NCBI GenBank assembly: GCA_965213685.1
Contig: CBDBZY010000018.1
Coordinates: forward strand, 672,001 to 736,000
DNA length: 64,000 nt
Direction of reading: 5' to 3'
From: a bacterium
Lineage (GTDB): Bacteria; UBA8248
This document shows, piece by piece, positions 1-17,840 of this stretch. Positions within the stretch are counted from its first letter, which is position 1. Every line of letters begins with the position of its first letter. The notes below the pieces were generated by a model, which had not been told where the DNA came from, searched no databases, and saw only the letters and a list, made by a program, of their open reading frames with translations. The translations under genes were made by a program, and so were the position numbers.

Positions 1-77
1 CACGGTTCTCTAAAAATATTCCCAAGCCTTTCCTCATGTAACTGCTTTGCTGTGCAATTTTCAAGCTGCATTTCTCT

Positions 78-187
<110 letters not shown>

Positions 188-227
188 ACCAAGATAATTT
201 CATCTGCATTTCTCTCTCTCTAACGAG

Positions 228-530
228 AAAAGCCGAGGGGATGAACTGGCTTAACTCAGAAGCCTCACAGAATTGGTTTTCAACGGAAACAAGATAAAGG
301 TACAGATGACCACACCCACTGGGTGGAGTCAATATGGAGGGCCGCCTGCAGTGATAGAGCCTCCGTTCAGGTGAGTGAGTGGTAGAGCATCCCCCCACTT
401 TCCTCTTCACCTGTCCTCCTCCATCCCTCCCTTTCTCCCTCCCTCCCTCTCTGACTCAGGCTTTGAAGTCTCTCCCCTACCCCTACTCCACCACTTAGAG
501 TGGCTCTACCTGGGAGGAAACAAAATCCAG
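228..530 (+). pseudogene. Two degenerate leucine-rich-repeat exons (copies near 44850-45152 and, second exon only, 49543-49604)
   Basis: AG/GT-bounded 72-bp exon 228-299 reads KSRGDELA*LRSLTELVFNGNKIK (in-frame stop). The 71-bp exon 460-530 ends LHHLEWLYLGGNKIQ. Both fit LxxLxLxxNxI. Confidence 0.6.
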
Positions 531-998
531 GTAGCCACCCACCTTCCTTCCCGCCCTCTCCCTCCCTCTCTCCCTCTCCCTTCCTTTTTTTTCCTACCCT
601 TTCCTCTCACTTTCTCCCTCCCTCCCTTCCTCCCTCCCTCCCTCCTCTCTCCCTCCATTCCTCCCTCCCTCTCTCCCTCTCTCCTCTCTCCCTCCCTCCC
701 TCCCTCCTTCCCTTTCTCTACCCTCCCTCCCTCCCTCCCCACCTTGGCACCTTCACCCACACAAACTCTCCAACACATACATACTTGTATGACAATTCCT
801 AAACCACAGGCCACTGCTGTCTTCCTAATAAGGCACACCATAGAGCCACCAGTTGTGTGTGTGCATGTGCTGAGAAGCTTCAGTGTATGTGTGTGCATGT
901 GTGTGCATGGAGGGGAAACAGAGGAGGGGTAGGGGGTCTCTGTCCTTGCACTCATTCCTAGACAGGGTGCATGCATATATGCCATCCGCAACTGGAGA

Positions 999-3345
999 TA
1001 AGCTCTTCCACATTATGCTCAAAAAATTACCTATTATGCTATTCTCTAATGCTGCTCAATTTTGCCCATTATGCTTTTGAAAATGACCTATTATTCCACA
1101 TTATGCATTAAAAAATATTTTAAAAAAAATAAAAAATGTCATTCATTTCTTTTGTTATACTGTAACATTAGTGATGATTCTATGTAGTCCTCCATGGAGA
1201 GTTCCTGTTGCTTTTTGAACGAGTTGTTGAGAAGAGAGAAAACCCTCTCTACAGCCGCCGATGAAGGGTTGACTAGAAGAATTTGTTTGCATGCAGCAGA
1301 CCAATGGGGAAGTGTTTGTTCATTATCCTTCCACCACTGCAATATATCAATTCTGTTCGACACATCTTCCACTGCTGCCATGTAAGTCGGTAGTTCAAGC
1401 TTGAGATCCTCCAGCTTGTTGATCAAGAATGGGAAAGCTCTGAGTTCATCCATAGCTGCAGTTGTCGGCTTCATTTCAGCAACTTTATATGATGAAAAGA
1501 GACGTGCGGCCTTGAAAGCAGACACCAGCTGACTAAATTCCCCACTGACAGCATCAAATTTTTCCTTAAAGTAACTTTTGGCTGGCTCGATGCACTTGGT
1601 TGCATAATCCATAAGTGTTTGTTCAAATGTAGGATTACCCGACTCTTCAGCAGTCGACTGTGCAATAGCCTTCGTGTTTGGGTAGTATGCTGTTGAAAAG
1701 GAAGCAGACACCTTGCTAAGCTCTTCGTAGCACTGAACTACAAGTGGCCCATCCCCTTCTAGTATGTATGTTGCCTTTACTAGAGGTCTACCAGCATCCA
1801 CGATAGCAGCAATCTCGACCTTCAGTAGTACACGCTTCTGAGGATGACATAACAGACTGAGAAGCTTCTCCTTTGTAGCTGGTGCCATCTCGTTGTTCTC
1901 CAAAAACCCCTGAATATCCCCATACAAATTGTGCACCTGCTCTATCACCTCCCATCGGGACCACCATCGGGTTTCTGAGTACGTACGAATGGATAAACCA
2001 GTTGTGGTCTTCCAGGCAATTCTGGCTTTCGGGCTGTGAGCAAAAAGAGATATCCAGAGCTTGCAAAACTCATCCAGATTCGGTGTGTTGAACTTTCTTC
2101 CTGTTAGATCATGTGCGTGGGAAAAACAACCAATATCCAGGACTCGTGGAAACACGACTTTTATTGTCCGCATAGCTACACCATTGACCGAACACCTGTC
2201 CCTCATTGCTGCTAATAGATTATCTGAAGCTATTCCAAGGGTATTCATCAGCATAGAAATCAACTCGCGTGCGACCTCATCCCCACACATGGTCTTTGTA
2301 ACAAGCAGTGCACGGACTAAACGCTGTGTAATTTTCCAGTCATTACTGATATACCTGACAACAATGGCCATTGCTTCTGCCACATGAGTAGTTCCGTCAA
2401 ATATCACCGACACTTCTTTTCCCTTTATTTCTTCCTGTGTTTGTCGCTGCTCTTCAGATCTAATGAACGGTATCAAATCACGCATGTGTTGACTGCCAGT
2501 TAGGCTAAAAGCTGATTCTTCCAATATTTCGCGGAAACTGTCGATCTTCTGAAGCGGTATACCTGCTTTTAGAAATGCTCTGACAATTTTTACATGGTAC
2601 ACACGCGTGTTGTCGGAGAGTGTCTCTCCCTTTGGATGGACTTCCTTGCTGTATTTCTGTAGATCGTCGACAATGTTGGAGTCCCGCTTCTCTCTCTCCT
2701 TCAATCTACTCTTTGATACTCTATGCTTCGTTGATTCGAGGTGATTCTTTACTACACTCTTCTTCACCGAAAGTTCTTCTCGGCAGGCTCGACAGAAGAG
2801 TTTGCCTGCTGATACACATAGACTATCGTCAGAGAATTCTCGTACACGATCTTGAGGAGACACAGATTTCAAAGTAGCAGCAGAAGAACCACCTCTTGAA
2901 CGTTTCTGACCCACCGGCGGAGGATTTGTCAGTACCTTCCTCTTTCGAGCCAATTCGGAAGGGACAGGGGAACAGAGTTTGTCAAGCAGGGATTGAACAC
3001 TACTACTATCTTCAGAGACACTGCTTTCTTCTCCACTATAGCCTGCAGTCGACACGCTACACGTAGCACTAGTAGTTTCACTACTGCCGTCTGCCATAAT
3101 GCCGTAGTAGAGCTAAACCACGTGGTCTTGTGGGTTTGGGTTAAAGGTCAAGGTAGTGTAAACATAAGCCAGACAAGTGCCTATGCACTGTACACTATGC
3201 ACCTGTATATACAAGGCTGGGTATATTATACGTAATTATAGCTGTGCGTGACCCAGATTAGTCACCCATTATGCCAGAATAATTCCCAGTGCTAGAAATT
3301 ACCTATTATGCTCAAAAAAATGCCAGCATAATGTGGAAGAGCCTA
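999..3345 (-). mobile_element. Full-length hAT-superfamily DNA transposon
   Basis: 21-bp TIRs with 1 mismatch (taagctcttccacattatgct 999-1019 / agcataatgtggaagagccta 3325-3345). 8-bp TSD actggaga (991-998, 3346-3353). Subterminal cctattatgct repeats. Empty site ccgca-actggaga-gcactgg at ~45597-45616. Confidence 0.97.
1139..3097 (-). CDS. hAT transposase, 652 aa, uninterrupted, with N-terminal BED/CGGBP1-like zinc finger
   Basis: LFCRACREELSVKKSVVKNHLESTKH zinc finger; candidate catalytic D (VIFDGTT), D (AMRD) and E (AVERVFS); CxxH (CFSH); TRW; C-terminal hAT dimerisation signature WWK...LP.W...PSSAAVERVFS. Confidence 0.95.
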   Translation of the reverse strand: MADGSSETTSATCSVSTAGYSGEESSVSEDSSSVQSLLDKLCSPVPSELARKRKVLTNPPPVGQKRSRGGSSAATLKSVSPQDRVREFSDDSLCVSAGKLFCRACREELSVKKSVVKNHLESTKHRVSKSRLKEREKRDSNIVDDLQKYSKEVHPKGETLSDNTRVYHVKIVRAFLKAGIPLQKIDSFREILEESAFSLTGSQHMRDLIPFIRSEEQRQTQEEIKGKEVSVIFDGTTHVAEAMAIVVRYISNDWKITQRLVRALLVTKTMCGDEVARELISMLMNTLGIASDNLLAAMRDRCSVNGVAMRTIKVVFPRVLDIGCFSHAHDLTGRKFNTPNLDEFCKLWISLFAHSPKARIAWKTTTGLSIRTYSETRWWSRWEVIEQVHNLYGDIQGFLENNEMAPATKEKLLSLLCHPQKRVLLKVEIAAIVDAGRPLVKATYILEGDGPLVVQCYEELSKVSASFSTAYYPNTKAIAQSTAEESGNPTFEQTLMDYATKCIEPAKSYFKEKFDAVSGEFSQLVSAFKAARLFSSYKVAEMKPTTAAMDELRAFPFLINKLEDLKLELPTYMAAVEDVSNRIDILQWWKDNEQTLPHWSAACKQILLVNPSSAAVERVFSLLNNSFKKQQELSMEDYIESSLMLQYNKRNE

Positions 3346-4178
3346 ACTGGAGAGCACTGGTCTGGGAACCAGACTCACCATTTGAAGATTGTTTACAAAC
3401 TAGAGCAAGAAGATTAAGTTGGTGAACGAGCCTCACTCATTATCATGATGAGTACTGCTCTACTGTGTGCAAGTGAGCTCTAAATGGTGAGTCTCGTTCC
3501 CAGACCAGTGCTCTCCATTCATGGACCAATTTCTCTTCATAGTGCATGCATGTGCACCATGTCTGGAAACAAGTGCAAAGTCTGAGAATGAGGCTGCAGA
3601 GGGTGATCAGAGTGGGCATTTCGTGATGGCAAGTCTTCCAGTGATCTCCGCAGAGTCACTCTCTCAATATGTGTGTACATGTATGCTTAATTAGCTAGTC
3701 AAGTATTCCAGTTGAGTCCAGTGTTTCTACACTTCCGTTCTGTCTGCCTGTCTGTCTGGCTCTGTCTCCCTGTCCATCTGTTTGTCTGTTCTGCTGTCCC
3801 TATTGGAACTTTCTCTGCCTTTCCAGTGTTCTCCACAGAGTCACTCTCTCAATACGCGTGCATGCTTAATTAGCTAGTCCAGTATTCCAGTCCAGTCCAT
3901 AGTTTATGCACTCCAGTTCAGTTTGCCAGTCTCTCTCTTCTGCCAGCCTGTCTATCTCTCTACCTGTCTCTCTGTCTGTCTCTGTCTCACTGTCTGTCTC
4001 TTGTCTGTTCTGCTGTTTCTATTGCCTTTTACACTCTCGTTATGTTTGCTTGTCTGCCTGTCTGTCTGCCAGTCTCCCTGTCTGTCTGTCTCTGTCTCCC
4101 CATCCATCTGTTTGTCTGTTCTGCTGTCTCTATTGGAACTCTCTCTGCCTTTCATATTTCTTTTCCTTCTCACCACAG

Positions 4179-4473
4179 AACAAGTATAGATGTGCCACTT
4201 CATTTTGATGGTGGGTCAGTGGAATCTCCCGACTACAAGTGTGGCTACAAGTACACTGCAGGCAAGTATAGCAGCCTTTCATGCAGCCACAGAGAGCAAG
4301 TGGTGGCTATCCTCTCAGAGTGAGTGGTTCTGGTGAGATACATGTTTACTGCACACCTCAATCACTGATAGTTGTCCACTGCAGTGGCTGTTCTCAGCTG
4401 TGTTGACGGGTGGGAAGAGACAGTGAGGAAGGAATTGCTGAAGCTCAGACAAGAAACATTGCTGACGTCATGA
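4179..4473 (+). pseudogene. Orphan 3'-terminal two-exon fragment of an unidentified gene (other copies 46097-46391, 51401-51695)
   Basis: Exon 4179-4319 (ag/gt) spliced to 4398-4473 gives TSIDVPLHFDGGSVESPDYKCGYKYTAGKYSSLSCSHREQVVAILSDCVDGWEETVRKELLKLRQETLLTS*. The frame is kept in all three copies. No upstream exons found. Confidence 0.5.
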
Positions 4474-5612
4474 CTGCTTTTAAATTCATTGTGAATGTAT
4501 GCTGTTATGTACAATGTCATGTAATTAATTTTCTCCTGCCACTTCCTGCGCAACATACCGCGTATAAAGGGCTCACAGTGGCGTTTAACTCCATGAGTAC
4601 TGATATACATGTACATGTACATGTGCCATAGATATCCCATGGATGGGGCTTTGAACTCTTGTGAATAGCAGATCCTTTGGTACGTTTGTTGATGCGTAGC
4701 TCCACGGACGAAGAAAAGAAGGTCGACATAAAAACGATGGCCGTTTCGAAAAAGATCAACGTGTGAAGACGTGCGTTTCCAAGACGTTAGAGACTTACAT
4801 GTACGCGTACCGCGTACTGCCGTGGGTGAGCTGCATAAGACGATCTTCCGGCTTGCTGGACACAAAGGCAGAAGCGGCATTTCAGGAACCGAGCAGTGAG
4901 TGTGTGCTCTCACTCTCACGCTGTTGACAGTCTCTCTCACTGACGGACGTTAGACATTAGACGGTGTTGGTGTCAGTCTTATACATGTCTACTCACTTGC
5001 TCTGCATACGCACATTATGCATACATATTGCTGTACATGTACATATTACGTTGTCTCTACTACTGCTACATGTACCATCTTTCATTTTCTTGTTATACCT
5101 CATTCCTCTACCTCAAACTTTGTCTATTCTATTCCTATTCCTATCACATATTGAGAGCCGCTAGTTATATGCACGTCTTCCGTATGCATGCACATTTCTA
5201 TTTACTCTCCCTCCCTCCCTCCCTCCTCACTATCTCTGTCCTTCTCATTGACAAGGACATTTTGATATTTTAGTATTATTGCCAGTCAAAAGAATGTTCC
5301 AACATACACATATACATGTAAATCCTGTTGGAGAACAATGCTCTCTTGTCAGACTGTACTAACTGTTGTTAACTGTGATGTCATCTGTGTGTCTCTTTAT
5401 AGCATGTATAGTGACGTAATGGTGTAGGCTTATTTAGAACTTTGTGTTGGCTGTGTAGTTCCAGCCACATGTTCATAAGAGTCAGTGCAATCACTTATTG
5501 TCATTATACTCATTACCCATACCCACTATCATACTTATTACTTATTATACCCATCCCTTAAATACCATTCACATTTCACTTGGTATATTTCTTTCCCACA
5601 ACCACATGCGTG

Positions 5613-5765
<153 letters not shown>

Positions 5766-5978
5766 ACATACACTCACACACAAGATACAACCCCCTGTGA
5801 CACCTTACCTTTTACCTTCACCTTCAGCTGATACCAATTCTTCCTCTTCCTTCCCCCACTTCCCCCCTTTGTTCCTCATCCTTACCTTTCTCCCTTTCCT
5901 GCTCACCCACCAAGATAAGATACTATTCCAACTATGTCCCTGCCCCATGCTGTGATGAGCTAGTGAGGTGGTGCCTAC

Positions 5979-11850
<5,872 letters not shown>

Positions 11851-12041
11851 GGCTGGATCTGGGGAGAGGGAGGAGGGGGAGGTTACCACTGAGTGTAGTT
11901 TCACATGCACATAATTACTCGTGTACAGTGTATGTGTGTGAGCATATGCATCTCTTGTCCAATTTCAAACACAGTGAAGCTTGTAAGTTACATACACTTG
12001 TGCATGTGCAGTGGGCCTACCTCAACACACCTGTGTATCAG

Positions 12042-12085
12042 TAGCCTCATCAGTAGCCTCGTTCCCAGGCCTGGGAATGACGCTA
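12042..12085. mobile_element. Micro-MITE of the TAGCCTCG...GCTA family
   Basis: tagcctcgttcccaggcctgggaatgacgcta hairpin flanked by a gtgtatcag duplication (12033-12041, 12086-12094). Absent at homologous sites ~15780 and ~58780. Confidence 0.65.
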
Positions 12086-12894
12086 GTGTATCAGTTGATG
12101 GGAGAGTGCTTCTAGCTGTGTAAGCCAAGCTAGGCAAATGCACCCTAGTGTTGTGTGCAGGTTCTTTTAGTCCATTCCACATGCAGGTGGCAGGTGGTTG
12201 CTAAGCTGAGTGGGGAAATCCCAATGTAGCCCTTCTGTCTAACTCCACCCTTAAAGTGGTCTCTAGAGTGGGGGAAATCCCACAATGTTGTGCTAGCTCT
12301 TTTGTTTTGCTCTGCTTTCAATTCTCTGCTAATATGCTTGCATGAGGAAATCCTTCATGCTATGGATTTTGTGGCAGCATACAAGGACATTCTGGGACCT
12401 TCTAAGTTCTAGCATTACTGACTGGACATTAGCATGCTAGGGTAGGAGTATGCAGTAAAGAATGGTACAGTAGTGGCGGGAGATGTATACTCGAAACTTT
12501 TATAGCTTTGACTGTAAGCTTACTGAGGCTCACACTTTTCTGTGTTCTCCTAGCCAGTGCAATGCGCTCTTTGTTTTCCCTTGCGCAGCGAGGTTCACTC
12601 TGATCTGCCCCACACTTTTGCTCAATAGTATCCTAGCAGTATGCGGATATGGACAACAGCGAGTCTTGTGCAAAACGAGAAGTTCTATGGGAAATATGAA
12701 TATTGCTGTACATAAGAAACCCACGTCCACCATTGCGATCCGCCATATGGTCTGCGCGCGAAAGCATGAAAGCATAATACTAATATAGTTTATAGCAACT
12801 GTATACGCTGTCAGTTCAATGGCTAGTGCTGCTTCCACAGGTTGTAAAGTACACGTCATACCAACAACTGATCGTCTGCGCTAAACATAATATA

Positions 12895-12931
<37 letters not shown>

Positions 12932-13269
12932 ACAATTTTCCTGTGACTTCAGCTATACAAACATTATATTTTTTTCAAATACTCTCCGGTTCCATGTGTT
13001 CAGATAAGTGACTTCTTACAGTAGCTTTTCACGTGTGACGGCGCGTACAAGCAAGCCACGCGGAGCCACGCCTTCCGTGGCTCCGCGAGGCTGCGAAGCA
13101 GAGGGCCACGATGCGACTTATAATAATATCAGACTCAAAGTCATTGAAGGACTAGTATTGGATGGCCTAATATAGTTCTTGGGATGGAATGACATAGCCC
13201 ACACTTAAAGCCTTCATTAAGAAAATGTGACGGAGACTGGGTAGTAAGTCATGGAAAAGGCTTTAGAGC

Positions 13270-15335
13270 TAACATAATTGTATGGGGAATGTCTAGGGAC
13301 GTTATTACGCTTGAGGTTAGGGATAAATTAGCGGACGTACGTCTAGCTAGCTTTGTGAGAGGTAAAGTTGTTTGGGAAGGTGATCACTTGAGGCTTGTTC
13401 TTACTGCTACTGATAGTAAGGTATTACAAAGGAACAAGTTAGTCAGATATCATCCATCTTACGTAAAAAGATTGGTTGTAGATGTGTTCTGGATGAGCCT
13501 AAAAGAGTGGTGCATAAGAATGAGCAGTTAGTTTGTAGTAAGAGATTTGAGCCCTTAAGTGTTGTTGAGCCTGTTGAGCCTGTAGGGTCAGGTATTGAAT
13601 GTAAGAGTGACAGTGAGCATGTAGATCTTAATAGAGTGAGAGAGAATGTGGTAGCTGGGAATCGACAGGAGAGGAAATTGAGGGTGGGTACATGGAATGT
13701 CTTGGGATTGTGTAGTGAGTGTAAACAAAAGGAAGTAGGTGAATTGTTGAAGGTAAATAATATTGATGTTGTGGCTGATCAGGAGTCTTGGGAATAGGAG
13801 GATAGCAGGATAAATGTAGATGGGTATAAGTGGTTTGGGAAGCCTCGTGATGTTCAAAGTAGTCAGAGAGGGGAGGGAGGTTTTGGATTCCTTGTTTGTG
13901 ATTGCTTGGTTAATGAAGTAGAGTTTGTTGGTGAGGTAAAGTATGCAGAGTGTGTGGGTGAAAGTGAGGGGTGAGAGGGGAAGGTCAGCATTGTACATAG
14001 GTTGTGTATACATGCCTACTGATGGTTCAGGTATAGCCACTATTGATGAGAGTTATAACTTACTTAAGGAAGATGTCCTTACTTTCAAGCAGAAGGGGAA
14101 GGTTGTTTTGCTTGGAGATTTTAATGCTAGGGTAGGAAAGTCCAGTGAGGTTGATGATGTGATAGGGATGTTTGGAGAAGAGACTTGTAATGCTAGTGGT
14201 CATAAGTTGATTTCCTTCCTGAATGAAGTGAAGTTGGTTGTTTGTAATGGTAGGAAGCTAGTGATTGAGCCTGAGTGGACCAGGGTCAGGCCTAGTTTGA
14301 AGCAGAAGTCGATTATAGACTACATTATAACTGATGGGGACTCAAGAAAGGCTTCTGGGGATGTGCATGTAGATTCCTCGGATATTGGATGCTCAGACCA
14401 CCTTTTAGTTTGGATGGAGCTTGGTAGAGCATGTAAATTAACTAAGAGTCACAGGAGGATAACTAAGAAGTGGTGTTTAGACAGGTTTGAAGTAGAGGAC
14501 GTAAGATCTAAATACCAAAGAGCATTAGAAGAAGAAGGGAAGGGGTTTTCTGAAAGCATTAGGCAGATAATAAGTAAGGGGTTGAAGGGCCATGCCTTGG
14601 TGGGTGAAGTGATAAGGGAGTGGGAGAGTATTGTGAATAGAGTAGCTAAGAGGGAGGTGGGGAAGAAAATGATAGTGTGTGGTAAGTCAGGTATGTGGTA
14701 GTGATAAAATCAATTCTATAAGGAAATTGTATAAGAGCATGTTAGATGGCAATGTAGAAGATTATTGTAAGCTGTGGAAGGAGGTGAAAGATTTGATTAG
14801 AAAGAAGAAAATATATATTTGGAATGATGTTGTAGAGAAGGTAAATACAGATTATGAGGGATGTAGGAATGAATTTTGGGCTTTTGTTGGTAGAAGGACA
14901 AAGGGTAAGAAGAAGGCAACAGGATCTCTTAGAAGTGATAAGGGAGTCTTGGTCACTAGCACCAGGGGAAAGTTACAAGTTTTACAAAAACATTATAAGA
15001 CTTTGGGTAGGATGAGTGAGTGAGGATAGTGATTTTGATGGTGAATGGAAAGAGGAAGTTGAAACTAAAGTAAGCATGTGCAGCAGTATACTGAGTATCT
15101 AGATGGGGAATTGCGTAAAGGGGAGATAGAGAAGTGTGCTTGTAAATTAAAGAATAACAAGACTAGGGGAAGCGATGGTTTAGTAGGGGAGTTGTTGAAG
15201 TATGGAGGGGGAGGAATGGTGCATCAGCTTTTTAATAGTTGTTTGGCTTGAAGAAACCATACCTAAGCAGTGGAAAGAGGGGTTAATAGTAAGAAGGGGG
15301 GTAAGGAAGATCCTCCATGGTAATTATAGGGGTAT
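13270..15335 (+). mobile_element. Degenerate non-LTR retrotransposon (LINE): APE endonuclease plus start of RT, 3'-truncated
   Basis: LRVGTWNV..IDVVADQESW, YIGCVYMP, LLGDFNARVG, SIIDYII, SDH motifs, then KNNKT.GSDGLVGELLKYGG and GNYRG. Multiple stops and frameshifts. Confidence 0.9.
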
Positions 15336-15719
15336 GGAGAATGTTAGCTAGGGAAGGGAGAGAGGTGATAACGGTCCCCTTCCCCTTTTCCCATCCGTAC
15401 TTGAAACCCTGGTAGAGGTCATGTGCATTGGGCAATCAGAATAGCTACAAAGAAGGGAAAGTGAGCCGTCTTAGTTGGTGTACATGTAGTTGTGTTGCCT
15501 TGCTTTGTTTGATGAGTCTCTGATGTGTGATCATGTACATGTACAACTGCACTTGTATCATGATGTGCATGTACGAAGGATTAGAGATACCACCACAGGG
15601 TACAATACCCACACACCCTAGGCTGCCAGGGTACAGCCATAGTGTTTTATACAAGACTTTATGCTGGGGGGAACACCGCAGAGTTGTGAAGGCAAAATAT
15701 TATACAGTATTGCATAACA

Positions 15720-17840
15720 CTTCCTACTTACAAGCTACCATGCACTTGTACATGAGCAGTAGGCATATCTCAATACACCTGTGTATCTGTTTATGGGACA
15801 GTGCTTCTAGCTGTGTAGGCCAAACTAGGCAAATGTACTTAACTGTTTAGTGCTGTGTCCAGTCTTACTCCATGTGCAAGTGGTTGCTACGTTGAGTAGG
15901 GAAACCTCATTATGTAGCCCTTCTGTCTAACTCAACTCACGCAGTGAGTGGAGACCCTGATGCCAGGTACATGCAAGAAATAGTACAGAAGTGGGTTCAA
16001 GAGGTAGAAAAGTGTGATGAGGAACCAAATCAAGGGCTAAAGGCTACTCTGAGAGTAGGTGGCCTACTTCAGGGGAGAGGCTTTCTCAGACACAAGACAG
16101 AGCGAAAGACAACACATTTTGAGCATTCAGGGCTCAAGAATCCAAGTGGTGTACGCTCAGCTGGGCAAAGACTAGGGCCATGCTCAAACAGTGCACATGT
16201 GAGTGAGCAAGGACACTCAGATGGGCGACGGGTGCTCTGACATGTGACGGGATGAGGGCTGAGAGCTAGGCTTGAGACTACTCTAGTCCTGCCATGCAAT
16301 CACATGAGTAATACACCTATCAATGTTATGCACCACCACGCCCCACTCAGGCTGAAGAAGAGGTGTAGTGGGGATTTGACAGCCCCTGGTATCAAATGCC
16401 CAATATTTGTTGTCAATTTCACACTTCTCAGTATCCACCTTTAGATTTGTATTCACAGTAAAAGGATTTTGTTGTTTTAACAATGATTCTGTCATATGAG
16501 ATGTTGTCTGTTGAAGCTATAGAGCACACACATGTACTGTTTCTGTTTGCAGTGTAAGGTAGCCAGAAGTAAGAGAAACGCACATAACAAGCATTTTCTT
16601 TTGCCAGCGGTATCTCCAGGGTGGAAAAAGGTTCCTTTAGACTACTAATTGAGGGCATCCTTTTCTGTAACCAGTGGCATTCTCTGCACGGCTGTGGCCT
16701 GAAGCATAGAACCACCTTAGAATTTTCACACATACGTGGTCAACACAACCCTCCATAGCACTGTTCTGACAGCACGGTATGATGCATGAAGGTCAATACT
16801 TGACACAATGAATCTCGCACAATATACATCACTGTCAAACTAACAAGGGTTATTGTTTGCTGTGTATCCACATTAGCAGTTAGTAATTTTCCATATTTAA
16901 AAATACAGATTGCCCGCAAGTAGTGTCAGAATTCCCACTTATGGGGATCGTTCGATTGGTCAATTCTACCACCAAATCCCCACCCTGTCCTGGGAGGGGG
17001 TATAGTCAGGCTATTCATTGATAGGTGCATAAGAGAAGGTCCTAATCTCGCCATACACTTGTTCGCGCAGTGATACACATTGTGGCTTCGCGTTCGCTGC
17101 CGGCAGCGCATAATATTGTGCGTAAAATCGTTTGCGGGAGATGTATACTCGTGTAACCTTTACTGTAAGCTTACTATGGCTCACCTGTATCTGGGTTCTC
17201 CTATAGCCAGTTGAATGGTCTGTTTGTTCTCTCCCTTGCGCAGCCACTCTGATCTGCCCCACCCTTCGCTCAATAGAAGTATGCGGATATGGACGACATT
17301 GGGTCTTGTGTATCCGGAAGTTCCGTGGGAAATATGCAGTATATAGGAAGTCTCTTATCCAAATTCCAACACTCCAGAATCCCACGTCTACATGTACCAT
17401 TGCGATCTGCCACATGGCCTGCGCACGAAAAAAAGCATGAAAGCACAGTACTAATATAGTTTCTATGATGGAAAAGTAACTGTACGCTGTCAGTTCAATG
17501 GCTAGTGCTGCAATCACAGGTTGTAAAGTACACGTTATACCAGTAATAACTGATCAGCTGTAATTCTTATGACTTCAGCTATACAAATTTTGTTCAAGCA
17601 CCCTCCGGTTCCATGTGTTCAGATAAGTGACTTCCTACTGTATTTTAATAGCTCTTCACGTGTGATGGCGCGTCATCGACAAGCATAGCCACGCGGAGCC
17701 ACTCCTTCTACGAGAAGGCGTGGCTCCACGAGGCTGCGTCGAGCAGAGACTCAAAGTCATTGAAGGCTGGTATTGGTGGGCCTACTGGGATGGGATGACA
17801 CGGCCCTTTTAAAAAAAAAACATCATTAAGAAAATGTAAT
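15720..17840. repeat. Extra copy of the Kelch-gene upstream region (homologous to ~11980-13260 and ~58720-59945)
   Basis: Shared blocks such as agtgcttctagctgtgta..ctaggcaaatg, gagagctaggcttga.actactctagtcct.ccatgcaatcaca and gtatgcggatatggac.aca. Confidence 0.8.

Noticed and set aside
375-932. Pro/Ser/Leu-rich ORFs here and at 44999-45543 and 49569-49811
   Set aside because: Polypyrimidine low-complexity intronic sequence; only the short LRR exon has motif support
4362-4940. 192-aa minus-strand ORF with paralogue 51784-52293
   Set aside because: Paralogues differ by indels and rearranged blocks, and no domain was recognised; similarity reflects DNA duplication only
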